64,000 nucleotides of DNA from the human T2T-CHM13v2.0 reference genome, Homo sapiens, in assembly GCF_009914755.1 (NCBI RefSeq), contig NC_060943.1; one strand, 5' to 3'. How positions within the stretch are numbered: the first letter of the stretch is position 1; the number at the start of each line of letters is the position of its first letter. Of the stretch, positions 13,101-27,600 are shown piece after piece. The notes below the pieces were generated by a model, which had not been told where the DNA came from, did no database searches, and worked only from the letters and a program-made list of their open reading frames with translations. The position numbers and the translations under genes are program-made.

Positions 13101-16100
13101 AACCTTTCTTTTCATAGAGCAGTTAGGAAACACTCTGCTGGTAAAGTCTGCAAGTGGATATTCAGACATCCTTGAGGCTTTCGTTGGAAACGGGATTTCT
13201 TCATATTCTGCTAGAAAGAAGAATTCTCAGTAACTTCCTTGTGTTGTGTGTATTCAACTCACAGAGTTGAATGATCCTTTACACAGAACAGTCTTGAAAC
13301 ACTCTTTTTGTGGAATTTGCAAGTGGAGATTTCAGCCGCTTTGAGGTCAATGGTAGAATAGGAAATATCTTCATATAGAAACTAGACAGAATGATTCTCA
13401 GAAACTCCTTTGTGATGTGTGCGTTCAACTCACAGAGTTTAACCTTTCTTTTCATAGAGCAGTTAGGAAACACTCTGTTTGTAAAGTCTGCAAGTGGATA
13501 TTCAGACATCTTTGAGGCTTTCGTTGGAAACGTGATTTCTTCATATTCTGCTAGACAGAAGAATTCTCAGAAACTTCGTTGTGTTGTGTGTTTTCAACTC
13601 ACAGAGTTGAACTATCCTTTACACAGAGCAGACTTGATACACTCTTTTTGTGGAATTTGCAAGTGGAGATTTCAGCCGCTTTGAGGTCAATGGTAGAAAA
13701 GGAAATATCTTCGTATAAAAACTAGACAGAATGATTCTCAGAAACTCCTTTGTGATGTGTGCGTTCAACTCACAGAGTTTAACCTTTCTTTTCATAGAGC
13801 AGTTAGGAAACACTCTGTTTGTAAAGTCTGCAAGTGGATATTCAGACCTCCTTGAGGCCTTCGTTGGAAACGGGATTTCTTCATATTATGCTAGACAGAA
13901 GAATTCTCAGTAACTTCCTTGTGTTGTGTGTATTCAACTCACAGAGTTGAACGATCCTTTACACAGAGCAGACTTGAAACACTCTTTTTGTGGAATTTGC
14001 AAGTGGAGATTTCAGCCGCTTTGAGGTCAATGGTAGAATAGGAAATATCTTCCTATAGAAACTAGACAGAATGATTCTGAGAAACTCCTTTGTGATGTGC
14101 GCGTTCAACTCACAGAGTTCAACCTTTCTTTTCATAGAGCAGTTGGGAAACACTCTGTTTGTAAAGTCTGCAAGTGGATATTCAGACTTCTTTGAGGCCT
14201 TCGTTGGAAGCAGGATTTCTTCATATTCTGCTAGACAGAAGAATTCTCAGTAACTTCCTTGTGTTGTGTGTATTCAACTCACAGAGTTGAACGATCCTTT
14301 ACACAGAGCAGACTTGAAACACTCTTTTTGTGGAATTTGCAAGTGGAGATTTCAGCCGCTTTGAGGTCAATGGTAGAATAGGAAATATCTTCCTATAGAA
14401 ACTAGACAGAATGATTCTCAGAAACTCCTTTGTGATGTGTGCGTTCAACTCACAGAGTTTAACCTTTCTTTTCATAGAGCAGTTAGGAAACACTCTGTTT
14501 GTAAAGTCTGCAAGTGGATATTCAGACATCCTTGAGGCTTTCGTTGGAAACGGGATTTCTTCATATTCTGCTAGAAAGAAGAATTCTCAGTAACTTCCTT
14601 GTGTTGTGTGTATTCAACTCACAGAGTTGAATGATCCTTTACACAGAACAGTCTTGAAACACTCTTTTTGTGGAATTTGCAAGTGGAGATTTCAGCCGCT
14701 TTGAGGTCAATGGTAGAATAGGAAATATCTTCCTATAGAAAATAGACAGAATGATTCTCAGAAACTTCTTTGTGATGTGTGCGTTCAACTCACAGAGTTT
14801 AACCTTTCTTTTCATAGAGCAGTTAGGAAAAACTCTGTTTGTAAAGTCTGCAAGTGGATATTCAGACCTCTTTGAGGCCTTCGTTGGAAACGGGATTTTT
14901 TCATATTATGCTAGACAGAAGAATTCTCAGAAACTTCGTTGTGTTGTGTGTTTTCAACTCACAGAGTTCAACGATCCTTTACACAGAGTAGACTTGAAAC
15001 ACTTTTTTTGTGGAATTGGCAGTGTGGAGATTTCAGCCGCTTTGAGGTCAAAGGTAGAAAAGTAAATATCTTCGTATAAAAACTAGACAGAGTGATTCTC
15101 AGAAACTCCTTTGTGATGTCTGCGTTCAACTCACAGAGTTTAACCTTTCTTTTCATAGAGCAGTTAGGAAACACTCTGTTTGTAAAGTCTGCAAGTGGAT
15201 ATTCCGACCTCCTTGAGGCCTTCGTTGGAAGCGGGATTTCTTCATATTCTGCTATACAGAAGAATTCTCAGAAACTTCCTTGTGTTGTGTGTATTCAACT
15301 CACAGAGTTGAACGATCGTTTACACGGAGCAGACTTGAGACACTCTTTTTGTGGAATTTGTAAGTGGAGATTTCAGCCGCTTTGAGGTCAATGGTAGAAA
15401 AGGAAATATCTTCATATAAAAACTAGACAGAATGATTCTCAGAAACTCCTTTGTGATGTGTGCGTTCAACTCACAGAGTTTAACCTTTCTTTTCATAGAG
15501 CAGTTAGGAAACACTCTGTTTGTAAAGTCTGCAAGTTGATATTCAGACCTCTTTGAGGCCTTCGTTGGAAACGGGATTTCTTCATATTATGCTAGACAGA
15601 AGAATTCTCAGTAACTTCCTTGTGTTGTGTGTATTCAACTCACAGAGTTGAACGATCCTTTACACACAGCAGACTTGAAACACTCTTTTTGTGGAATTTG
15701 CAAGTGGAGATTTCAGCCGCTTTGAGGTCAATGGTAGAAAAGGAAATATCTTCGTATAAAAACTAGACAGAATGATTCTCAGAAACTCCTTTGTGATGTG
15801 TGCGTTCAACTCACAGAGTTTAACCTTTCTTTTCATAAAGCAGTTAGGAAACACTCTGTTTGTAAAGTCTGCAAGTGGATATTCAGACCTCCTTGAGGCC
15901 TTCGTTGGAAACGGGATTTCTTCATATTATGCTAGACAGAAGAATTCTCAGTAACTTCCTTGTGTTGTGTGTATTCAACTCACAGAGTTGAACGATCCTT
16001 TACACAGAGCAGACTTGAAACACTCTTTTTGTGGAATTTGCAAGTGGAGATTTCAGCCGCTTTGAGGTCAATGGTAGAATAGGAAATATCTTCCTATAGA

Positions 16101-19100
16101 AACTAGACAGAATGATTCTGAGAAACTCCTTTGTGATGTGTGCGTTCAACTCACAGAGTTTAACCTTTCTTTTCATAGAGCAGTTAGGAAACACTCTGTT
16201 TGTAAAGTCTGCAAGTGGATATTCAGACCTCCTTGAGGCCTTCGTTGGAAACGGGATTTCTTCATATGATGCTAGACAGAAGAATTCTCAGAAACTTCCT
16301 TGTGTTGTGTGTATTCAACTCACAGAGTTGAACGATCCTTTACACAGAGCAGACTTGAAACACTCTTTTTGTGGAATTTGCAAGTGGAGATTTCAGCCGC
16401 TTTGAGTTCAATGGTAGAATAGGAAATATCTTCCTATAGAAACTAGACAGAATGATTCTCAGAAACTCCTTTGTGATGAGTGCGTTCAACTCACAGAGTT
16501 CAACCTTTCTTTTCATAGAGCAGTTGGGAAACACTCTGTTTGTAAAGTCTGCAAGTGGATATTCAGACTTCTTTGAGGCTTTCGTTGGAAACGGGATTTC
16601 TTCATATTCTGCTAGAAAGAAGAATTCTCAGTAACTTCCTTGTGTTGTGTGTATTCAACTCACAGAGTTGAATGATCCTTTACACAGAACAGTCTTGAAA
16701 CACTCTTTTTGTGGAATTTGCAAGTGGAGATTTCAGCCGCTTTGAGGTCAATGGTAGAATAGGAAATATCTTCCTATAGAAACTAGACAGAATGATTCTC
16801 AGAAACTCCTTTGTGATGTGTGCGTTCAACTCACAGAGTTTAACCTTTCTTTTCATAGAGCAGTTAGGAAACACTCTGTTTGTAAAGTCTGCAAGTGGAT
16901 ATTCAGACATCTTTGAGGCCTTCGTTGGAAACGGGATTTCTTCATATTCTGCTAGACAGAAGAATTCTCAGAAACTTCGTTGTGTTGTGTGTTTTCAACT
17001 CACAGAGTTCAACGATCCTTTACACAGAGTAGACTTGAAACACTCTTTTTGTGGAATTGGCAGGGTGGAGATTTCAGCCGCTTTGAGGTCAATGGTAGAA
17101 AAGGAAATATCTTCGTATAAAAACTAGACAGAGTGATTCTCAGAAACTCCTTTGTGATGTCTGCGTTCAACTCACAGAGTTTAACCTTTCTTTTCATAGA
17201 GCAGTTAGGAAACACTCTGTTTGTAAAGTCTGCAAGTGGATATTCAGACCTCCTTGAGGCCTTCGTTGGAAACGGGATTTCTTCATATTCTGCTATACAG
17301 AAGAATTCTCAGAAACTTCCTTGTGTTGTGTGTATTCAACTCACAGAGTTGAACGATCGTTTACACAGAGCAGACTTGAGACACTCTTTTTGTGGAATTT
17401 GTAAGTGGAGATTTCAGCCGCTTTGAGGTCAATGGTAGAAAAGGAAATATCTTCATATAAAAACTAGACAGAATGATACTCAGAAACTCCTTTGTGATGT
17501 GGGCGTTCAACTCACAGAGTTTAACCTTTCTTTTCATAGAGCAGTTAGGAAACACTCTGTTTGTAAAGTCTGCAAGTGGATATTCAGACCTCTTTGAGGC
17601 CTTCGTTGGAAACGGGATTTCTTCATATTATGCTAGACAGAAGAATTCTCAGTAACTTCCTTGTGTTGTGTGTATTCAACTCACAGAGTTGAACGATCCT
17701 TTACACAGAGCAGACTTGAAACACTCTTTTTGTGGAATTTGCAAGTGGAGATTTCAGCCGCTTTGAGGTCAATGGTAGAATAGGAAATATCTTCCTATAG
17801 AAACTAGACAGAATGATTCTGAGAAACTCCTTTGTGATGTGTGCGTTCAACTCACAGAGTTAAACCTTTCTTTTCATAGAGCAGTTAGGAAACACTCTGT
17901 TTGTAAAGTCTGCAAGTGGATATTCAGACCTCCTTGAGGCCTTCGTTGGAAACGGGATTTCTTCATATTATGCTAGACAGAAGAATTCTCAGTAACTTCC
18001 TTGTGTTGTGTGTATTCAACTCACAGAGTTGAATGATCCTTTACACAGAACAGACTTGAAACACTCTTGTTGTGGAATTTGCAAGTGGAGAATTCAGCCG
18101 CTTTGAGGTCAACGGTAGAATAGGAAATATCTTCCTATAGAAACTAGACAGAATGATTCTCAGAAACTCCTTTGTGATGTGTGCGTTCAACTCACAGAGT
18201 TTAACCTTTCTTTTCATAGAGCAGTTAGGAAACACTCTGTTTGTAAAGTCTGCAAGTGGATATTCAGACATCCTTGAGGCTTTCGTTGGAAACGGGATTT
18301 CTTCATATTCTGCTAGAAAGAAGAATTCTCAGTAACTTCCTTGTGTTGTGTGTATTCAACTCACAGAGTTGAACGATCCTTTACACAGAACAGTCTTGAA
18401 ACACTCTTTTTGTGGAATTTGCAATTGGAGATTTCAGCCGCTTTGAGGTCAATGGTAGAATAGGAAATATCTTCCTATAGAAACTAGACAGAATGATTCT
18501 CAGAAACACCTTTGTGATGTGTGCGTTCAACTCACAGAGTTTAACCTTTCTTTTCATAGAGCAGTTAGGAAACACTCTGTTTGTAAAGTCTGCAAGTGGA
18601 TATTCAGACATCTTTGAGGCCTTCGTTGGAAACGGGATTTCTTCATGTTCTGCTAGACAGAAGAATTCTCAGAAACTTCCTTGTGTTGTGTGTTTTCAAC
18701 TCACAGAGTTGAACGATGCTTTACACAGAGTAGACTTGAAACACTCTTTTTGTGTAATTTGCAAGTGGAGATTTCAGCCGCTTTGAAGTCAATGGTAGAA
18801 AAGGAAATATCTTCGTATAAAAAGTAGACAGAATGATTCTCAGAAACTCCTTTGTGATGTGTGCGTTCAACTCACAGAGTTTAACCTTTCTTTTCATAGA
18901 GCAGTTAGGAAACACTCTGTTTGTTAAGTCTGCAAGTGGATATTCAGTCCTCTTTGAGGCCTTCGTTGGAAACGGGATTTCTTCATATTATGCTAGACAG
19001 AAGAATTCTCAGTAACTTCATTGTGTTGTGTGTATTCAACTCACAGATTTCAACGATCCTTTACACAGAGCAGACTTGAAACACTCTTTTTCTGGAATTT

Positions 19101-21718
19101 GCAAGTGGAGATTTCAGCCGCTTTGAGGTCAATGGTAGAATAGGAAATATCTTCCTATAGAAACTAGACAGAATGATTCTCAGAAACTCCTTTGTGATGT
19201 GTGCGTTCAACTCACAGAGTTTAACCTTTCTTTTCATAGAGCAGTTAGGAAACACTCTGTTTGTAAAGTCTGCAAGTGGATATTCAGACCTCCTTGAGGC
19301 CTTCGTTGGAAACGGGATTTCTTCATATTATGCTAGACAGAAGAATTCTCAGTAACTTCCTTGTGTTGTGTGTATTCAACTCACAGAGTTGAACGATCCT
19401 TTACACTGAGCAGTCTTGAAACACTCTTTTTGTGGAATTTGCAAGTGGAGATTTCAGCCGCTTTGAGGTCAATGGTAGAATAGGAAATATCTTCCTATAG
19501 AAACTAGACAGAATGATTCTGAGAAACTCCTTTGTGATGTGTGCGTTCAACTCACAGAGTTTAACCTTTCTTTTCATAGAGCAGTTAGGAAACACTCTGT
19601 TTGTAAAGTCTGCAAGTGGATATTCAGACCTCCTTGAGGCCTTCGTTGGAAACGGGATTTCTTCATATGATGCTAGACAGAAGAATTCTCAGTAACTTCC
19701 TTGTGTTGTGTGTATTCAACTCACAGAGTTGAACGATCCTTTACACAGAGCAGACTTGAAACACTCTTTTTGTGGAATTTGCAAGTGGCGATTTCAGCCT
19801 CTTTGAGGTCAATGGTAGAATAGGAAATATCTTCCTATAGAAACTAGACAGAATGATTCTCAGAAACTCCTTTGTGATGTGTGCGTTCAACTCACAGAGT
19901 TTAACCTTTCTTTTTATAGAGCAGTTAGGAAACACTCTGTTTGTAAAGTCTGCAAGTGGATATTCAGACCTCCTTGAGGCCTTCGTTGGAAACGGGATTT
20001 CTTCCTATTATGCTAGACAGAAGAATTCTCAGTAACTTCCTTGTGTTGTGTGTATTCAACTCACAGAGTTGAATGATCCTTTACACAGAGCAGACTTGAA
20101 ACACTCTTTTTGTGGAATTTGCAAGTGGAGATTTCAGCCGCTTTGAGGTCAATGGTAGAATAGGAAATATCTTCCTATAGAAACTAGACAGAATGATTCT
20201 CAGAAACTCCTTTGTGATGTGTGCGTTCAACTCACAGAGTTCAACCTTTCTTTTCATAGAGCAGTTGGGAAACGCTCTGTTTGTAAAGTCTGCAAATGGA
20301 TATTCAGACTTCTTTGAGGCCTTCGTTGGAAGCAGGATTTCTTCATATTCTGCTAGACAGAAGAATTCTCAGTAACTTCCTTGTGTTGTGTGTATTCAAC
20401 TCACAGAGTTGAACGATCCTTTACACAGAGCAGACTTGAAACACTCTTTTTGTGGAATTTGCAAGTGGAGATTTCAGCCGCTTTGAGGTCAATGGTAGAA
20501 TAGGAAATATCTTCCTATAGAAACTAGACAGAATGATTCTCAGAAACTCCTTTGTGATGTGTGCGTTCAACTCACAGATTTTAACCTTTCTTTTCATAGA
20601 GCAGTTAGGAAACACTCTGTTTGTAAAGTCTGCAAGTGGATATTCAGACCTCTTTGAGGCCTTCGTTGGAAACGGGATTTCTTCATATTATGCTAGACAG
20701 AAGAATTCTCAGTAACTTCCTTGTGTTGTGTGTATTCAACTCACAGAGTTGAACGATCCTTTAGACAGAGCAGACTTGAAACACTCTTTTTGTGGAATTT
20801 GCAAGTGGAGATTTCAGCCGCTTTGAGGTCAATGGTAGAAAAGGAAATATCTTCGTATAAAAACTAGACAGAATGATTCTCAGAAACTCCTTTGTGATGT
20901 GTGCATTCAACTCACAGAGTTTAACCTTTCTTTTCACAGAGCAGTTAGGAAACACTCTGTTTGTAAAGTCTGCAAGTGGATATTCAGACCTCCTTGAGGC
21001 CTTCGTTGGAAACGGGATTTCTTCATATTATGCTAGACAGAAGAATTCTCAGTAACTTCCTTGTGTTGTGTGTATTCAACTCACAGAGTTGAACGATCCT
21101 TTACACAGAGCAGACTTGAAACACTCTTTTTGTGGAATTTGCAAGTGGAGATTTCAGCCGCTTTGAGGTCAATGGTAGAATAGGAAATATCTTTCTATAG
21201 AAACTAGACAGAATGATTCTGAGAAACTCCTTTGTGATGTGTGCGTTCAACTCACAGAGTTTAACCTTTCTTTTCATAGAGCAGTTGGGAAACACTCCGT
21301 TTGTAAACTCTGCAAGTGGATATTCAGACCTCCTTTAGGCCTTCGTTGGAAACGGGATTTCTTCATATTATGCTAGACAGAAGAATTCTCAGTAACTTCC
21401 TTGTGTTGTGTGTATTCAACTCACAGGGTTGAACGATCCTTTACACAGAGCAGACTTGAAACACTCTTTTTGTGGAATTTGCAAGTGGCGATTTCAGCCT
21501 CTTTGAGGTCAATGGTAGAATAGGAAATATCTTCCTATAGAAACTAGACAGAATGATTCTCAGAAACTCCTTTGTGATGTGTGCGTTCAACTCACAGAGT
21601 TTAACCTTTCTTTTTATAGAGCAGTTAGGAAACACTCTGTTTGTAAAGTCTGCAAGTGGATATTCAGACCTCCTTGAGGCCTTCTTTGGAAACGGGATTT
21701 CTTCCTATTATGCTAGAC

Positions 21719-23779
21719 AGAAGAATTCTCAGTAACTTCCTTGTGTTGTGTGTATTCAACTCACAGAGTTGAATGATCCTTTACGCAGAACAGACTTGAA
21801 ACACTCTTGTTGTGGAATTTGCAAGTGGAGAATTCAGCCGCTTTGAGTTCAACGGTAGAATAGGAAATATCTTCCTATAGAAACTAGACAGAATGATTCT
21901 CAGAAACTCCTTTGTGATGTGTGCGTTCAACTCACAGAGTTTAACCTTTCTTTTCATAGACCAGTTAGGAAACACTCTGTTTGTAAAGTCTGCAAGTGGA
22001 TATTCAGACATCCTTGAGGCTTTCGTTGGAAACGGGATTTCTTCATATTCTGCTAGAAAGAAGAATTCTCAGTAACTTCCTTGTGTTGTGTGTATTCAAC
22101 TCACAGAGTTGAACGATCCTTTACACAGAACAGTCTTGAAACACTCTTCTTGTGGAATTTGCAAGTGGAGATTTCAGCCGCTTTGAGGTCAATGGTAGAA
22201 TAGGAAATATCTTCCTATAGAAACTAGACAGAATGATTCTCAGAAACTCCTTTGTGATGTGTGCGTTCAACTCACAGAGTTTAACCTTTCTTTTCATAGA
22301 GCAGTTAGGAAACACTCTGTTTGTAAAGTCTGCAAGTGGATATTCAGACATCTTTGAGGCCTTCGTTGGAAACGGGATTTCTTCATGTTCTGCTAGACAG
22401 AAGAATTCTCAGAAACTTCCTTGTGTTGTGTGTTTTCAACTCACAGAGTTGAACGATGCTTTACACAGAGTAGACTTGAAACACTCTTTTTGTGTAATTT
22501 GCAAGTGGAGATTTCAGCCGCATTGAGGTCAATGGTAGAAAAGGAAATATCTTCGTTTAAAAACTAGACAGAATGATTCTCAGAAACTCCTTTGAGATGT
22601 GTGCGTTCAACTCACAGAGTTTAACCTTTCTTTTCATAGAGCAGTTAGGAAACACTCTGTTTGTAAAGTCTGCAAGTGGATATTCAGACCTCTTTGAGGC
22701 CTTCGTTGGAAACGGGATTTCTTCATATTCTTCTAGAGAGAAGAATTCTCAGTAACTTCCTTGTGTTGTGTGTATTCAACTCACAGAGTTGAATGATCCT
22801 TTACGCAGAACAGACTTGAAACACTCTTGTTGTGGAATTTGCAAGTGGAGAATTCAGCCGCTTTGAGTTCAACGGTAGAATAGGAAATATCTTCCTATAG
22901 AAACTAGACAGAATGATTCTCAGAAACTCCTTTGTGATGTGTGCGTTCAACTCACAGAGTTTAACCTTTCTTTTCATAGACCAGTTAGGAAACACTCTGT
23001 TTGTAAAGTCTGCAAGTGGATATTCAGACATCCTTGAGGCTTTCGTTGGAAACGGGATTTCTTCATATTCTGCTAGAAAGAAGAATTCTCAGTAACTTCC
23101 TTGTGTTGTGTGTATTCAACTCACAGAGTTGAACGATCCTTTACACAGAACAGTCTTGAAACACTCTTCTTGTGGAATTTGCAAGTGGAGATTTCAGCCG
23201 CTTTGAGGTCAATGGTAGAATAGGAAATATCTTCCTATAGAAACTAGACAGAATGATTCTCAGAAACTCCTTTGTGATGTGTGCGTTCAACTCACAGAGT
23301 TTAACCTTTCTTTTCATAGAGCAGTTAGGAAACACTCTGTTTGTAAAGTCTGCAAGTGGATATTCAGACATCTTTGAGGCCTTCGTTGGAAACGGGATTT
23401 CTTCATGTTCTGCTAGACAGAAGAATTCTCAGAAACTTCCTTGTGTTGTGTGTTTTCAACTCACAGAGTTGAACGATGCTTTACACAGAGTAGACTTGAA
23501 ACACTCTTTTTGTGTAATTTGCAAGTGGAGATTTCAGCCGCATTGAGGTCAATGGTAGAAAAGGAAATATCTTCGTTTAAAAACTAGACAGAATGATTCT
23601 CAGAAACTCCTTTGAGATGTGTGCGTTCAACTCACAGAGTTTAACCTTTCTTTTCATAGAGCAGTTAGGAAACACTCTGTTTGTAAAGTCTGCAAGTGGA
23701 TATTCAGACCTCTTTGAGGCCTTCGTTGGAAACGGGATTTCTTCATATTCTTCTAGAGAGAAGAATTCTCAGTAACTTC
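21719..23779 (+). repeat. Recent tandem duplication, 1020-bp unit (3 dimers / 6 monomers) x2
   Basis: Private SNVs repeat at exactly +1020: TTACGCAGAA (21781/22801), GACCAG (21961/22981), CTCTTCTTG (~22149/23169), CCGCATTG (~22522/23542), CGTTTAA (~22557/23577). Confidence 0.93.
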
Positions 23780-24609
23780 ATTGTGTTGTGTGTATTCAAC
23801 TCACAGATTTCAACGATCCTTTACACAGAGCAGACTTGAAACACTCTTTTTCTGGAATTTGCAAGTGGAAATTTCAGCCGCTTTGAGGTCAATGGTAGAA
23901 TAGGAAATATCTTTCTATAGAAACTAGACAGAATGATTCTCAGAAACTCCTTTGTGATGTGTGCGTTCAACTCACAAAGTTTAACCTTTCTTTTCATAGA
24001 GCAGTTAGGAAACACTCTGTTTGTAAAGTCTGCAAGTGGATATTCAGACCTCTTTGAGGCCTTCGTTGGAAACGGGATTTCCTCATATTATGCTAGACAG
24101 AAGAATTCTCAGTAACTTCCTTGTGTTGTGTGTATTCAACTCACAGAGTTGAACGATCCTCTACACAGAGCAGACTTGAAACACTCTTTTTGTGGAATTT
24201 GCAAGTGGAGATTTCAGCCGCTTTGAGGTCAATGGTAGAAAAGGAAATATCTTCGTATAAAAACTAGACAGAATGATTCTCAGAAACTCCTTTGTGATGT
24301 GTGCGTTCAACTCACAGAGTTTAACCTTTCTTTTCATAGAGCAGTTAGGAAACACTCTGTTTGTAAAGTCTGCAAGTGGATATTCAGACCTCCTTGAGGC
24401 CTTCGTTGGAAACGGGATTTCTTCATATTATGCTAGACAGAAGAATTCTCAGTAACTTCCTTGTGTTATGTGTATTCATCTCACAGAGTTGAACGATCCT
24501 TTACACTGAGCAGTCTTGAAACACTCTTTTTGTGGAATTTGCAAGTGGAGATTTCAGCCGCTTTGAGGTCAATGGTAGAATAGGAAATATCTACCTATAG
24601 AAACTAGAC

Positions 24610-27600
24610 AGAATGATTCTGAGAAACTCCTTTGTGATGTGTGCGTTCAACTCACAGAGTTTAACCTTTCTTTTCATAGAGCAGTTTGGAAACACTCCGT
24701 TTGTAAACTCTGCAAGTGGATATTCAGACCTCCTTGAGGCCTTCCTTGGAAACGGGATTTCTTCATATTATGCTAGACAGAAGAATTCTCAGTAACTTCC
24801 TTGTGTTGTGTGTATTCAACTCACAGGGTTGAACGATCCTTTACACAGAGCAGACTTGAAACACTCTTTTTGTGGAATTTGCAAGTGGCGATTTCAGCCT
24901 CTTTGAGGTCAATGGTAGAATAGGAAATATCTTCCTATAGAAACTAGACAGAATGATTCTCAGAAACTCCTTTGTGATGTGTGCGTTCAACTCACAGAGT
25001 TTAACCTTTCTTTTTATAGAGCAGTTAGGAAACACTCTGTTTGTAAAGTCTGCAAGTGGATATTCAGACCTCCTTGAGGCCTTCTTTGGAAACGGGATTT
25101 CTTCCTATTATACTAGACAGAAGAATTCTCAGTAACTTTCTTGTGTTGTGTGTATTCAACTCACAGAGTTGAATGATCCTTTACACAGAGCAGACTTGAA
25201 ACACTCTTTTTGTGGAATTTGCAAGTGGAGATTTCAGCCGCTTTGAGTTCAATGGTAGAATAGGAAATATCTTCCTATAGAAACTAGACAGAATGATTCT
25301 CAGAAACTCCTTTGTGATGTGTGCGTTCAACTCACAGAGTTCAACCTTTCTTTTCATAGAGCAGTTGGGAAACGCTCTGTTTGTAAAGTCTGCAAATGGA
25401 TATTCAGACTTCTTTGAGGCCTTCGTTGGAAGCAGGATTTCTTCATATTCTGCTAGACAGAAGAATTCTCAGTAACTTCCTTGTGTTGTGTGTATTCAAC
25501 TCACAGAGTTGAACGATCCTTTACACAGAGCAGACTTGAAACACTCTTTTTGTGGAATTTGCAAGTGGAGATTTCAGCCGCTTTGAGGTCAATGGTAGAA
25601 TAGGAAATATCTTCCTATAGAAACTAGACAGAATGGTTCTCAGAAACTCCTTTGTGATGTGTGCGTTCAACTCACAGAGTTTAACCTTTCTTTTCATAGA
25701 GCAGTTAGGAAACACTCTGTTTGTAAAGTCCGCAAGTGGATATTCAGACATCCTTGAGGCTTTCGTTGGAAACGGGATTTCTTCGTATTCTGCTAGAAAG
25801 AAGAATTCTCAGTAACTTCCTTGTGTTGTGTGTATTCAACTCACAGAGTTGAATGATCCTTTACACAGAACAGTCTTGAAACACTCTTTTTGTGGAATTT
25901 GCAAGTGGAGATTTCAGCCGCTTTGAGGTCAATGGTAGAATAGGAAATATCTTCCTATAGAAACTAGACAGAATGATTCTCAGAAACTCCTTTGTGATGT
26001 GTGCGTTCAACTCACAGAGTTTAACCTTTCTTTTCATAGAGCAGTTAGGAAACACTCTGTTTGTAAAGTCTGCAAGTGGATATTCAGACATCTTTGAGGC
26101 TTTCGTTGGAAACGGAATTTCTTCATATTCTGCTAGACAGAAGAATTCTCAGAAACTTCGTTGTGTTGTGTGTTTTCAACTCACAGAGTTCAACGATCCT
26201 TTACGCAGAGTAGACTTGAAACACTCTTTTTGTGGAATTGGCAGGGTGGAGATTTCAGCCGCTTTGAGGTCAGTGGTAGAAAAGGAAATACCTTCGTATA
26301 AAAACTAGACAGAGTGATTCTCAGAAACTCCTTTGTGATGTCTGCGTTCAACTCACAGAGTTTAACCTTTCTTTTCATAGAGCAGTTAGGAAACACTCTG
26401 TTTGTAAAGTCTGCAAGTGGATATTCAGACCTCCTTGAGGCCTTCGTTGGAAACGGGATTTCTTCATATTCTGCTATACAGAAGAATTCTCAGAAACTTC
26501 CTTGTGTTGTGTGTATTCAACTCACAGAGTTGAACGATTGTTTACACAGAGCAGACTTGAGACACTCTTTTTGTGGAATTTGTAAGTGGAGATTTCAGCC
26601 GCTTTGAGGTCAATGGTAGAAAAGGAAATATCTTCATATAAAAACTAGACAGAATGATTCTCAGAAACTCCTTTGTGATGTGTGCGTTCAACTCACAGAG
26701 TTTAACCTTTCTTTTCATAGAGCAGTTAGGAAACACTCTGTTTGTAAAGTCTGCAAGTGGATATTCAGACCTCTTTGAGGCCTTCGTTGGAAACGGGATT
26801 TCTTCATATTATGCTAGACAGAAGAATTCTCAGTAACTTCCTTGTGTTGTGTGTATTCAACTCACAGAGTTGAACGATCCTTTACACAGAGCAGACTTGA
26901 AACACTCTTTTTGTGGCATTTGCAAGTGGAGATTTCAGCCGCTTTGAGGTCAATGGTAGAAAAGGAAATATCTTCGTAAAAAAACTAGACAGAATGATTC
27001 TCAGAAACTCCTTTGTGATGTGTGAATTCAACTCACAGAGTTTAACCTTTCTTTTCACAGAGCAGTTAGGAAACACTCTGTTTGTAAAATCTGCAAGTGG
27101 ATATTCAGACCTCCTTGAGGCCTTCGTTGGAAACGGGATTTCTTCATATTATGCTAGACAGAAGAATTCTCAGTAACTTCCTTGTGTTGTGTGTATTCAA
27201 CTCACAGAGTTGAACGATCCTTTACACAGAGCAGACTTGAAACACTCTTTTTCTGGAATTTGCAAGTGGAGATTTCAGCCGCTTTGAGGTCAATGGTAGA
27301 ATAGGAAATATCTTTCTATAGAAACTAGACAGAATGATTCTGAGAAACTCCTTTGTGATGTGTGCGTACAACTCACAGAGTTTAACCTTTCTTTTCATAG
27401 AGCAGTTGGGAAACACTCCGTTTGTAAACTCTGCAAGTGGATATTCAGACCTCCTTGAGGCCTTCGTTGGAAACGGGATTTCTTCATATTATGCTAGACA
27501 GAAGAATTCTCAGTAACTTCCTTGTGTTGTGTGTATTCAACTCACAGGGTTGAACGATCCTTTACACAGAGCAGACTTGAAACACTCTTTTTGTGGAATT

